From: Alphaproteobacteria bacterium
GTDB taxonomy: Bacteria; Pseudomonadota; Alphaproteobacteria; SHVV01
DNA: 64,000 nucleotides
Direction of reading: 5' to 3'
NCBI GenBank assembly: GCA_965261735.1
Contig: OZ253470.1
Location: forward strand, 4,256,001-4,320,000
The translations under genes and the position numbers were made by a program. The notes under the pieces are model-generated. The model searched no databases, had not been told where the DNA came from, and saw only the letters and a list, made by a program, of their open reading frames with translations. Each line of letters opens with the position of its first letter. The first letter of the stretch is position 1. Below are positions 54,214-64,000 of the stretch, in pieces.

Positions 54214-55555
54214 TGAGGTGGCCTCGGTTTGTCGGACAGCTTGGCGGCTTGATTAAGGTGTATTCCAGTTGTCGTTCATGCCGCCAGAATCCCTTTGCAT
54301 CGATCTCCTTGCCGTTGTTGTTGCGCCTGTGGGGATGTGGGCAAGGCGCGTAGCGGCTTGTCCATCATATCCACAGGCGGGGCGCCGCGGTAGGCCTCGG
54401 CCGGCGTTTCCCCCCCGAGCGCCGAGTGCGGCCTCTCGGTGTTGTAGAAGTCGATCCACTCGCCGATGACGCGCCGGGCCTCGAAGCCGTCGGCGAGCTC
54501 GCGCAGATAGACGGCCTCGTATTTGAGCGAGCGCCACAGCCGCTCAATGAAGATGTTGTCCAGGCACCGGCCCCTGCCGTCCATCGAGATCCGGATGCCG
54601 GTCTCCCGCAAGCGCCCGGTGAAGGCGAAGCCGGTGAACTGGCTGCCCTGGTCGGTATTGAAGATCTCCGGCGTGCCATGGCGGGCCAGCGCCTCGTCGA
54701 GCGCGTCTGTGCAGAAGCCCGCATCCAGGGTGTTCGACAGACGCCAAGCCAGCACATGCCGGTTGGCCCAGTCCATGATCGCCACCAGGTAAAGAAAGCC
54801 GCGCCGCACCGGGATGTAGGTGATGTCGGCGCACCAGACATGGTTCGCCCGCTCGATCGTCAAGCCTCTGAGCAGATAGGGGTAGACCCGGTGCTCGGGA
54901 TGCGGATCGCTGGTGCGCGGCGCCCGATAGATCGCCTGAAGCCCCATCAGGCGCATCAGACGACCGGCCCGGCGACGACCGACGCGCACGCCCTCGCGGC
55001 GTAGATGACGGACCATCTGACGGGCGCCGTAGAACGGATACTTCAGGAACAACTCATCAATGCGCCGCATCAGCGCCAGGGTCTCCGGGCTCTCGCCCTT
55101 GGGCGTGTAATAGAGCGAGGAGCGTCCGATCGACAGCAAACGGCATTGACGGCTCAAGCTCAGCGCCGGGTGAGCGCGTATCACCATCGTTCGCCTCTCG
55201 GCCCGGCTCATCGACCGGACCCTCGAGACAAAAAATCCCGCTCCACCGTCAACTCGCCGATCTTCGCGTGAAGATCACGGATCTCGCTCTCATGGTCCCG
55301 ACGGCGGCGCTCGCCCCCGTTCGAAAACACTTCGCCAAGACCATCGATCGCCTGCCGCTTCCATGTGCTCACTTGGTTCGGATGAACCTGGTGCTGCGAG
55401 GCGATCTCCTGAAGCGTCCGGTCGCCACGAAGCGCCTCAAGCGCGATCTTCGCCTTCAGCTCCCCGGAAAACCTGCGTCTCTTACTCATCGCGTATCCCT
55501 CCTCAGTCGGCGGAATACACCTTAAAAACCTGTCCGATTTTCCGGGGCCACCTCA
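54214..55555 (-). mobile_element. IS3-family element, complete; OrfA 55208..55489, OrfB 54276..55211
   Basis: IRs TGAGGTGGCC...GGCCACCTCA; 3-bp TSD TTG; WCADITY, NTDQGSQF, DNIFIERLW. Confidence 0.95.
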
Positions 55556-55570
55556 TTGTGCGGATACGCC

Positions 55571-55634
55571 AATCGTTGTTAACGGCGGAGGAATAATGAT
55601 GGAATCGTTGTTAACGGCGGAGGAATAATGATGG
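55571..55634 (+). repeat. Perfect 32-bp tandem duplication containing the IS21 left IR tip
   Basis: AATCGTTGTTAACGGCGGAGGAATAATGATGG x2. Confidence 0.9.
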
Positions 55635-55685
55635 AGTGGACGCCTCCTCCCGACGGCATCGCAGTGTGCCAAGGTGGTGGTGTGA
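55628..55685 (+). mobile_element. IS1111-group left-end remnant
   Basis: TGATGGAGTGGACGCCTCC...ACGGCATC resembles the left end TGATGGTATGGAAGCCCCCTACGGC of the 27136-30649 element. Confidence 0.6.
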
Positions 55686-56774
55686 GGCTTTGGTGCATGG
55701 ACCTAAGGATTAGTATATCTGGCTCCGCTTCCGTCTTTGAGAGTTTGTCATGCCTTTCAAGTTCCACGCATCGCGTCGCCACCATATCCCCAGAGCCAAG
55801 TACCGGGTCATGAACTGGCCGGATTATGACCGTGGTTTGGTTCGGCGCGACGACATTCGTTTCTGGATTGATGAGAGCGCCCTGGAGCAATGGGACGCAG
55901 CCAAGCGGCGAACTCCTGGTGGCCAGCGGCGGTTTTCAGAGTTGGCGATTTCCACGACACTGATGCTGGGGGTGGTCTTCAGATTGCCGCTGCGCCAGAC
56001 GGAAGGCTTTGTGCGTTCCCTCGTGGACTTGATGGGGTGCGATCTGCCGGTGCCGGATCACACCACGCTGTCGCGGCGGCGGCGAACGGTGGATGTCGTT
56101 GTGGAAACCAGCACGAACAAGCGGTCTACGGATATCGTGCTGGATTCCACGGGCCTGAAATTCTTTGGCGCTGGCGAGTGGGCTCGCGCCAAGCACGGTG
56201 AAACGCGGCGCTCGTGGCGCAAGCTGCATATCTCGGTTGACCCGGCCAGCAGCGAGATCCGGACGCATGAACTGACCGGTGACGACACGGCCGATGCGAC
56301 GATGGCGGGACCGCTGGTCGCCGGTTCCGGTGGGATGATCCGGCGCGTGTTTGCCGACGGCGCCTATGACGGGGAGCCCGTGACAAAAGCGATCCGAGAA
56401 GCTCGGCCATCGAATTCACCACCTGAAATCATCATCCCGCCACGCGCCACATCCATTCCTCCCCCGGACACGCCTCATGGCGGATCGGAACGGGAGCACC
56501 ATGCGGCGGAGATCGCGTCGAAGGGAAGGATGAACTGGCAGAAACGACAGGGCTACGGATTGAGAGCGCTTGGCGAAACAGCCATGGCTCGCGTCAAGAG
56601 GCTCAACGGCGGCAAGCTCAACGCTCGCACATTCCAATCCCAACAAACCGAAATCGCCATGCAGATCGACGTACTCAATCGCTCTATCCGTGCGGCGAAA
56701 CCAAACACAATCAGGATCCGCTAACCAACCGGGGAATGGGCGATCACACCATCGCGGCTCCATGCACCAAAGCC
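55686..56774 (+). mobile_element. IS5-family (IS903 group) copy 4; transposase 55750..56724
   Basis: Same IRs and ORF; no TSD. Confidence 0.95.
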
Positions 56775-56935
56775 CGTTGCTACGGGACCATGCTTGGCAT
56801 CGCGTCGGTAGGCAGCGTCACGCACGGAAATTCGATCCGCAAGCGCAGGTGAGCCCGCTCGCTCGCCGGGCCGCTAAGGTCGCCGACCACGTGGGTACCG
56901 CCTCCAACTCTCGTTGAAGGCGGTGTCCCGCTTGG

Positions 56936-57142
56936 TTATTCGGTGATTGACAGGTTCTCGGCGGAAGACTTGCCGTCCCGACCCGGCTGAAGCTCGTAGG
57001 AGACCTTCTGACCTTCGTCAAGCGAACTCAGTCCGGCGCGCTCGACAGCCGAGATGTGAAGGAACGCATCTTTTGAGCCGTCTTCCGGCTCGATGAATCC
57101 GAAACCCTTAGCTGGGTTGAACCACTTTACGCATGACTGCAA
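56936..57142 (-). CDS. cspA: Cold-shock protein (CspA family), atypical N-terminus
   Basis: VKWFNPAKGFGFI (RNP1) and AFLHISA (RNP2); lacks the usual G-T-V start. Confidence 0.85.
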   Translation of the reverse strand: MQSCVKWFNPAKGFGFIEPEDGSKDAFLHISAVERAGLSSLDEGQKVSYELQPGRDGKSSAENLSITE

Positions 57143-57454
57143 TTGTCGTCTTAACTCTTACGCAAACTCATACCCTGAAGGTCGATGGTTCAAATCCAAC
57201 CCCCGCAACCAAATAAAACGCCACTAGGACAACATCTTAGAGGCGTTTCTGTTTTGGGCAATCCCTTCCAATACACGTTTCGGAATGTCCTCGGAATGGT
57301 TTTTGGGAGAACCCCAGGCATCTCCTGACCTCTCGTGACCTCCGCCGCTGTACTGTACTTCCCTGCGGTTCCCGTAAACATTCCGTTAGGCCGTGGAGAT
57401 CCCCCATCTGAATCGTCGTCCACATCGAATCGAGATCCCGCAAGGGGGCCTTCT

Positions 57455-60313
57455 CGGCGCGGAAGGTCAGAACAGCCTGTCCACCGACGATCCGCCAGCG
57501 CATGCCGGAGCGCTTCATGCGCTGTGTCACCAGGGTCTTGTTGGCAGCCTCGACCACGCCTGAGCCGATGGCGATGCCCTCTTCCTTCAGGGCGTGGTAG
57601 CGCATGCGATGGTGATGCTTGCGGAAGAAGGCGAGTTCCCGCTCGGTCTCGGCCCGGTCCGGCGCAGCGGCGGCATCGCGAAGGTGGCGCAGCGCCCGGA
57701 TCACCTTGGCGACGCCACGGGGATCGTGACGGATGGATCTCGCGGCACTTCTCGAACCAGCCGGGCGCCACGGCATGGTCGGACGCGGTTTGCAGATGTT
57801 CGCAAGCATGCCAGAAGTCGATCACCTCGGTTTCGGGCGACAGGGTCTCCAGGAAGGTCCAGTTGTCGGCGGCGCCATCGGCGATAGCGACGATCCCGAT
57901 CTCGGGGCGTGCTCGCCTGATGTGTGCGACTTCGCTTGCAAGCTGCGCCTTCAGCGTGAGCTTGCCGCTCTCCGGCATGGGGCCGAGATAGAGGGTCTTC
58001 AGGCGCTTGCCCTCGGCGTCGTGGAAGGAGACCGTGCCGCAGGCGGCCTCGCGCCAGGAGGCCTTGGCGCGACCGTCCTCGCCGGGTCTCAGCGGCACCA
58101 TGACGCCGTCGAGGGAGACCGAGGCGGTGGTCGCGTCCTGCGGTATGCCCTCGGCCTCACGGATGCTGCCCAGCGTCTCCGGGCCGAGGCTCTCCCAGCA
58201 TTCGTGCATGCTCAGGGTCAGGCGCTCACCGACGGCGTCATGGCGCCGGTCTTCGCAAAGAACGCCGCCGCTTCCCGGGCCGTGCAGCGACCCATCATCA
58301 GCAGACCGAGCTCGGCCGCCGGCCGCGTCAGGTAATCGTCGACGAGGCCCAGGCTCTCGTCGACCGGCACCGGCGATGCCCCGCTCGCGCCGCTGCGGTA
58401 ACGCGCTCGCCGGTAGGTCACCGGACCGAGCGAGGTCATGATCGTCTTCGGCGTCACCGCGACCCGGAACCAGCTCTGCCCGTCCCGCTCGATCCGGGAA
58501 GCGCCATCGTCCCGGTTCTCGATGACGGCGCCCATGACATCGCGAGCGAACTCGTTCGTGGCCTCACGCACCCGCAACTCGACCTCCTCGGGCGCCTCGG
58601 GGCGCGGCTCGGAACGAAGCTCCTCGCGACACAGTGCGAGCACCCGGGCGACCGCCTCGACGACCCGAGGAGGCAGGCCGGAAAGATCGATGGACGAAGG
58701 CGCCGGAGGCGGGGATACTGCCATGGGAATGCCCCCGATGTTGGGTTTCGAGACACGGCATCGTACCGCTTCTGGCGGTGCGGAGCGTTCCCACCTTCCC
58801 CTGCTCGACCCTGCCGTCGTGACAAAATCCTGCCTTGGAGCGGCCCATTGTCACGAATAGCCGTTTTCGGCCGTTCGTCTCGACACAAAAACGCACTAAC
58901 AGGCTGCTGAAAAAGTCATCATTGCCGGGCCTTGAACTCGGATTCATCGCCGAAATGAAATGAGATTTCGTGTCTTAGGGTGAAACCGTCTTCAATCTCG
59001 ACCGATCCGATGCCCTGGGCTTCGTCCAGTTCGATGATCTGCCACTTTGCGGTCAGCGGCGTGCCGGCATCGCCCGTCATGTTGGCGCCTCCGCCAGCAG
59101 TCTGGGTAGTCGGACGAGGTTGTAGGCGGCCAAGGCCAGGGTGAACGAAGCGTCGACCCGGTGGCGGCCCCGGAATTTGGTCTTGCTCAATCCCGCGCTC
59201 GTCTTGACCCAGCCGAAGACCTCCTCGATGCGCTTGCGGCAACGTTGGCTGACGCCGTAACCGGGATGGCGCGTCGTGCGCCCGTCTATCTTGGTCTTGC
59301 GCCGCTTGCCGGTCTTGGTGACGTGGTCCTGGACGGCGATATGGGGGGTCACCTTGCGGTGCCGCAGTTCCTCGACAAAATCCGCGACGTCAAAACCCTT
59401 GTCCCCGCCCACCGTGATCCGACGCCGCCCGCCTCTACTCTCCACCGGGCGATGCCTGTCGATCAGATCAAGGGCGGCTTCGCGTTCCGCCGTGCCCGAC
59501 GCAATGGTCACGCCGCCGCCGACTGCCAGACCATGGCGGTTCTCCGTCAGCGCATGGCCCATGTAACACAGCTTGCTTTCCCGGCCATTACCCTTGCGAT
59601 AAAGCCGGGCGTCCGGATCAGTGGTGCTTGCATGGGTCGCGTTCGAGCGTTTCTCGCCATGAAAATCCCGCGCGGCGTTGCGCCCCGATCCCCCGTCGCC
59701 ATCGTCCTCACCTTTGGGACGAAAGCTCTTCATCGACGCCCAGGCCTCGATCAATGTTCCGTCTACCGAAAAATGATCCCGGCTCAATAGTCCCCCTACC
59801 TTGTGGTGCTGGATAACCCCCGCAAGCAGCTGCCCCGAAACCTCCGCCTCCAGAAGACGGTCCCGGTTGTGGCAGAACGCGCTGGCGTCCCACACGCCAT
59901 CGTCCAGCCCAAGCCCCACAAACCAGCAAAACAGCATGTTGAAGTTTAGCTGCTCCATCAGCTGACGCTCCGAGCGGATCGAATAAAACGCCTGCAACAG
60001 TAACGCTCGAAGAAGCTTCTCCGGCGGGATCGATGGGCGACCCATGTGGGAATAAAGCGTCTCGAACTCCGAAGATAGAGACCCCAATACGTCGTTCACG
60101 ATCTCACGGATCAGACGCAGCGGATGATCATCCGGAACACGCTCTTCCAAGTCTACGTAGCTGAATAAATTGCCACTGCTTTGATCTCGACCCCGCATGC
60201 CATCCTCCATCACTCGAAGAAATCACAGAATCATGTCACAACTGCAAAGGCGAGGACTTTTTCAGCAGCCTGCTAAATCAAAGACCTAAATTTTCCATAC
60301 CAGACCCACACCC
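57455..60313 (-). mobile_element. ISKra4-like (UPF0236-type) element, frameshifted, right end lost, interrupted by IS5
   Basis: TSLGPVTYRRARY, SLDG, IADGAADNW, IDFWHACEHL, IGSGVVEAANK..RMKRSGMRW spread over three frames; left end at 60313. Confidence 0.75.
58900..60272 (-). mobile_element. IS5-family (IS5 group) copy 2; transposase 59077..60213
   Basis: Same IRs as the 45724 copy; 4-bp TSD CTAA. Confidence 0.95.
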
Positions 60314-61672
60314 GACCAAACTCCAGAATGAACTTTTCCTGCCGTGCTCGCGGCGTAATCTAGCTTCGTAGGTATCATGCGCTACATATGCCCCGAAATC
60401 CTCGATTGCCGAAGCAAGACTCGAACACTCCGTGAGATGTCGTGCGGCATGCTTGTATCGGCTGGAGCGGCTATATGTCAGTGCGAAGTCGATCATCGCG
60501 CGAAGCACCAGCGTCGCGGCCAACGGATACTTGCCAGCCATCGCGCTGGCGGCCGGGGTTAATATCTCATAGTGATTGCCGTCTAAATCCGGCGCCTGCC
60601 GGATAGTGAACGCGGCCGCTCTGTCTAGGGCGGGCCACGATATCGGGAATGACAGCGCCTCGAGTGGGCTGTCGTAGTTCTGCGCATAATCGAGCGCCCG
60701 CTCCTCGGCCTCAAGATCGTCAAAGTCGGCCAAGCGCTTCAGATAGGCGCGCAGATGCGGGATCGACAACGACTGCTCGAAGCACGACCAGCGATCTGCC
60801 TGGGCCTCGTCGCCACGGCCGAGTGCGTCGAGCACATCGATCCGTGCGTCCTTCCACTCTAAAGTCGACCAATCCCTGCTATCCTGTTTGTGCTCGGCAG
60901 CGTCGATCGTATGCAATGCCTCTTCGGGCCTGTCCGCAGCAAGCAGCCGCCGGGCGATTCGCGCAGCAATATTCGGTACCTTTCTCCTTTGCTCGTCATA
61001 TTGGGCTATGAATGCGTCAACGTCGCCCTGGGCATCCGCGATCTCCGTCAGTGCAAGGTGTGACGTGCTGGTCCGGGATCGGCTAGGTTTTTTGGACAGC
61101 GCAATCATCCGCTGTTTCAAGTGCTCCAGGCCTTTCTGCCCCAGGGCTGGTATCAGAACATGGATCAGGGAATCGTACTGGCCATAGCCGTTGTCGACCA
61201 ACGCGTGGAACGCATCGTCGGCGAGCATTTCCTGATCGGGCTTTGCTGCTTTCGCAATCTCGCCGAGGTCGTTTGCTGCGTCGTGGAAGAGGCCGATCAC
61301 GGTTCCACTGCTGTCATAGCAACGCTCGAAGACAGAGCCGGCCAGTGCCATGAAACGCCACATCAGTTCCAGTCCCTCGGTCGGATTGCGTTTGGCCACC
61401 TTGTCGACAATGGCGCGGCGTTGAATTTGCAAATCATCGACCAGGGCCCGTCGGTTCTGCCAGTCGACGAACTCGCGGGAGCGGGCGATCGTCGCCAGCC
61501 GCTTGCGGATTTCTCCCGCAACGGCGGCGGGGCTCTCCTCGCCGGCCAGCTCCAGCCTGAGCCGACGTTTGGCCAAGGTGTTATCGGTGCTGATCTCGAT
61601 CAACAGTTCGGCAAGCCGACGGGCGCCCAGCGCCTCGAGATTCTTCGCGTTCAGTGTCTTCTTCGAAGCCAT
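60278..61672 (-). CDS. DUF6880-like helical protein; last codons replaced by IS sequence
   Basis: MASKKTLNAKNLEALGARRLAELL N-terminus; RYKHAARHL...HGRKSSFW C-terminus. Confidence 0.7.
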   Translation of the reverse strand: MASKKTLNAKNLEALGARRLAELLIEISTDNTLAKRRLRLELAGEESPAAVAGEIRKRLATIARSREFVDWQNRRALVDDLQIQRRAIVDKVAKRNPTEGLELMWRFMALAGSVFERCYDSSGTVIGLFHDAANDLGEIAKAAKPDQEMLADDAFHALVDNGYGQYDSLIHVLIPALGQKGLEHLKQRMIALSKKPSRSRTSTSHLALTEIADAQGDVDAFIAQYDEQRRKVPNIAARIARRLLAADRPEEALHTIDAAEHKQDSRDWSTLEWKDARIDVLDALGRGDEAQADRWSCFEQSLSIPHLRAYLKRLADFDDLEAEERALDYAQNYDSPLEALSFPISWPALDRAAAFTIRQAPDLDGNHYEILTPAASAMAGKYPLAATLVLRAMIDFALTYSRSSRYKHAARHLTECSSLASAIEDFGAYVAHDTYEARLRREHGRKSSFWSLVGCGSGMENLGL

Positions 61673-61732
61673 CAGCTTAGCCATCCCGCCCTGGAATGCC
61701 CCCCAAAAGGAGTCCAAGGTTATGCGGATAAC

Positions 61733-62659
61733 TCAAGCTGCCGCCTTGAATCGCTCGAAGCGCAGTGCAAGCCGGTCGCGATCGGGGCGATCCTTGTCAC
61801 GGTTCGGGAGGTGGATGGTTCCGCCGTTCAGCCGCTTCATGGATTCCAGCATCGGGCCGTCCGTTTGGATCAGCAGCCGCTCGGACACGTGCAGCCGATA
61901 ATTCGGGTCGATACCGATCAGATGCGCGTCGAAGGCGGCGTGATGGATTTTCGACAGGGGGATGCCGTTGGGCACCACGGGCTGGCCGAGCCGCACGTCC
62001 GTGTCGGCAACGATATGGGCGGCGTCCAGAAGCAGCGGCTCGGGAAGTCCCGACAATGCACAGCGGCCGTTGTAGGCGCTGATGACGGCCTCGCGAAACG
62101 ATGCCTGATGTAGCCGCTGCTTGACGGCGCGTAGAGCGTAGCGGCGTTCCAGCGCGTTCTCGGGTGGTGCCAGGGAGGCTTGATCTGGCACACCAAACGC
62201 GACGCGCGCCTTTAGCGCCGTGGCGTCCCACCCCGAAATGAATGCAGGCAGCATGGCCTGGTAGCGGCCAGGCGCGATACCGAGGAAATAGATGATTGGA
62301 ATCCTGTTCTCAAACGCTTCGCGAAGCCACTGGTTATCGGCCGCATCCGGGTTGCCGCTCATAAAGGCGTAGTCGATTGTCTCGTCGCCCTCGAAAATCT
62401 GCCGATGCGCCTCGCGTTGGTCGTCGTCGCAAACCTTGCCACCCGGCTTCGGGAAAACAGTCTTGATGGAAAGCAGGAAGCGCATCTGCCTCGGCTTGAA
62501 GATGCCGCGCTGGGGATTGATGAGCGGAATGCGTTCTCCTTGAAATACGAAGCCCGGCTTGAGTTCGTTCGCGGTCAGGTTACCGTGGATTTCACCGAGC
62601 TTTCGCAAATGCTCGAAAGCCGCCATGCGCATCGGGGTGTCGAGGTCGTCATCGGTCAT
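61733..62659 (-). CDS. HNH endonuclease with N-terminal putative recognition (SRA-like) domain
   Basis: RLHQASFREAVISAYNGRCALSG, LDAAHI, NGIPLSKIHHAAFD. Confidence 0.88.
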   Translation of the reverse strand: MTDDDLDTPMRMAAFEHLRKLGEIHGNLTANELKPGFVFQGERIPLINPQRGIFKPRQMRFLLSIKTVFPKPGGKVCDDDQREAHRQIFEGDETIDYAFMSGNPDAADNQWLREAFENRIPIIYFLGIAPGRYQAMLPAFISGWDATALKARVAFGVPDQASLAPPENALERRYALRAVKQRLHQASFREAVISAYNGRCALSGLPEPLLLDAAHIVADTDVRLGQPVVPNGIPLSKIHHAAFDAHLIGIDPNYRLHVSERLLIQTDGPMLESMKRLNGGTIHLPNRDKDRPDRDRLALRFERFKAAA

Positions 62660-62671
62660 CGGCGTCCCCCG

Positions 62672-63299
62672 TCATTCCTTGAAACAATGCTCGTTGTGCC
62701 AAGTCAGGGCGGCGGCATCCGGGCGCTGGCCGATATCCGAAGGCGCATCGATTTTGCGACCGTGAAGCGCGTAGTAGTGCTTGCCGTTGTCAAACTCCTC
62801 CCGGATGCGCCGGCTGACATCGAAGCGCAGATCGGGTGTCACCGTCACATAGCCGGCGTCGAACAGGCTGTGAATGTCCCGCCGCAGCAATAGTCCGTTC
62901 CGCGCCTCGTGCGCACCGCCATCGCCATAGGGGCGTATATGCGCCGCCTCCAAGGCAGGCAGTGTCCGCTCTTGAGTGACCGCGCAGCGCCGCCAATAGA
63001 TATCCGTGACCAGCACACGGAACGCGCCTTGCCCAAGGCGGGGACGAATGAGATGCGGCTCGCCAAATCGCGCCTGCTCCCCTGCCATGCCCGCCATCTG
63101 TGGCCGGCTGAGGCGATCGTTCACGGCTTCCCACAAAGCCAGTCCTTCGGCACTGTCTGTGTTGTAGGTCTTGAAAGACACAATTCTCGGCGAGAAACTC
63201 GCCGGCACGGGAATCCAGTCGCGTGGGGGTCGGGGGGTAAATGCACCGCAACTGGTGGCAGGCTCCACTGTGCCGCGCGCAGCCGCGATATTCTTCAGC
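62672..63299 (-). pseudogene. Second HNH endonuclease, 5' part lost at IS481
   Basis: RLGQGAFRVLVTDIY..RCAVT, LEAAHIRPY, NGLLLRRDIHSLFD, LTWHNE. Confidence 0.85.
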
Positions 63300-63509
63300 T
63301 GTAGTAATTCAGACCTGATCTGACAGGTACCGGTTTTGAGGCGGCGTCTGTCAGTTTAAGTTCCGGCTACGAACCTTTCCCTCCAGATGGCTTTGCCTTC
63401 CTCCAGGGTCTGCATGGGGGTTCGCCCTTCACAGATTTTGCCCTGATGGGTGCGTTCATTGTTGTAGTGATCGATCCATTCGTCGAGATCATTCTGCAGT
63501 TGCCCGATG
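63300..63509 (-). mobile_element. IS481-family 3' remnant
   Basis: TGT terminus; minus strand reads LQNDLDEWIDHYNNERTHQGKICEGRTPMQT. Confidence 0.75.
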
Positions 63510-64000
63510 CTTGCCTATCCGGTTTACACCCACACCCACTAGGGCTAGAATGGGCGCAACCCGGATATAGGGGAGCGCGCCATGGATGTTCTCGACCGCG
63601 CCGATCTCCCATTCCCGCATTCGCTACCCGAGTTCCAGCGACTTTTCCCCGATGATGCGGCCTGCGCCGCCTACCTGGAGAAAGCCCGCTGGGGAGACGG
63701 CTTTGCCTGCCCGCACTGCGGCACGGCGGGAGAGCCGTTCCACTTTGAAAACCGCCCTGGCGTCCTGCGCTGCCGCAAGTGCCGCCAGAACACCGGGCTG
63801 ACGGTGGGAACAGTGATGGAGCGTAGCCACACTCCGCTGAACGTCTGGTTCTGGGCCGCTTATCTGGTCGCCAGTCAGACGCCCGGCATGTCCGCCGTGC
63901 AGTTTCAGCGGCAACTTGGTCTTTCGCGCTACGAGACGGCCTTTCAAATTCTCCACAAGCTCCGCTCGGGCATGGTGCGGCCCAACCAAGACAGGATCGG
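63510..64000 (+). mobile_element. IS1595 type A copy running off the window
   Basis: Same sequence as the 30799 copy. Confidence 0.93.

Noticed and set aside
55208-55240. Overlap and T-run between IS3 orfA and orfB as a novel recoding signal
   Set aside because: Frameshifting or coupling between orfA and orfB is standard for the IS3 family

Overview
GC-rich, probably alphaproteobacterial DNA, likely from a host-associated lineage (inference from gene content). The first ~18 kb is a metabolic and signalling gene block: SDR, kynU-kynA, two adenylate/guanylate cyclases, EamA, isochorismatase, AKR, flavin reductase, rhodanese, 1-Cys peroxiredoxin, Sel1/TPR proteins and two tandem VOC dioxygenase-like genes; several are broken by single indels or stops. 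The remainder is a field of nested, mostly broken insertion sequences, roughly 28 kb by my hand tally, from about 12 families (IS1595, IS3, IS256, IS5, IS110, IS21, ISKra4-like, IS6, IS630, IS1380, IS1182, IS481). It also holds a MITE family, a decayed DUF3489-DUF2924-serine recombinase integrative element, ICE remnants, nnrS plus a partial duplicate, and a tandem HNH-HNH-DUF6880 locus. Main signal: an IS1111-group IS110 element sits inside the terminal inverted repeat of an IS6 element, and its 3' non-coding region carries four guide segments, in bridge-RNA order, that match its own donor junction and the IS6 IR target. Other highlights are 21-bp-phased CCCTGTT/AACAGGG arrays next to the recombinase, a LexA box inside an IS1595 end, and a ~380-bp MITE quasi-palindrome. 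All family calls come from motif recognition, not database searches, and some indels may be sequencing errors.
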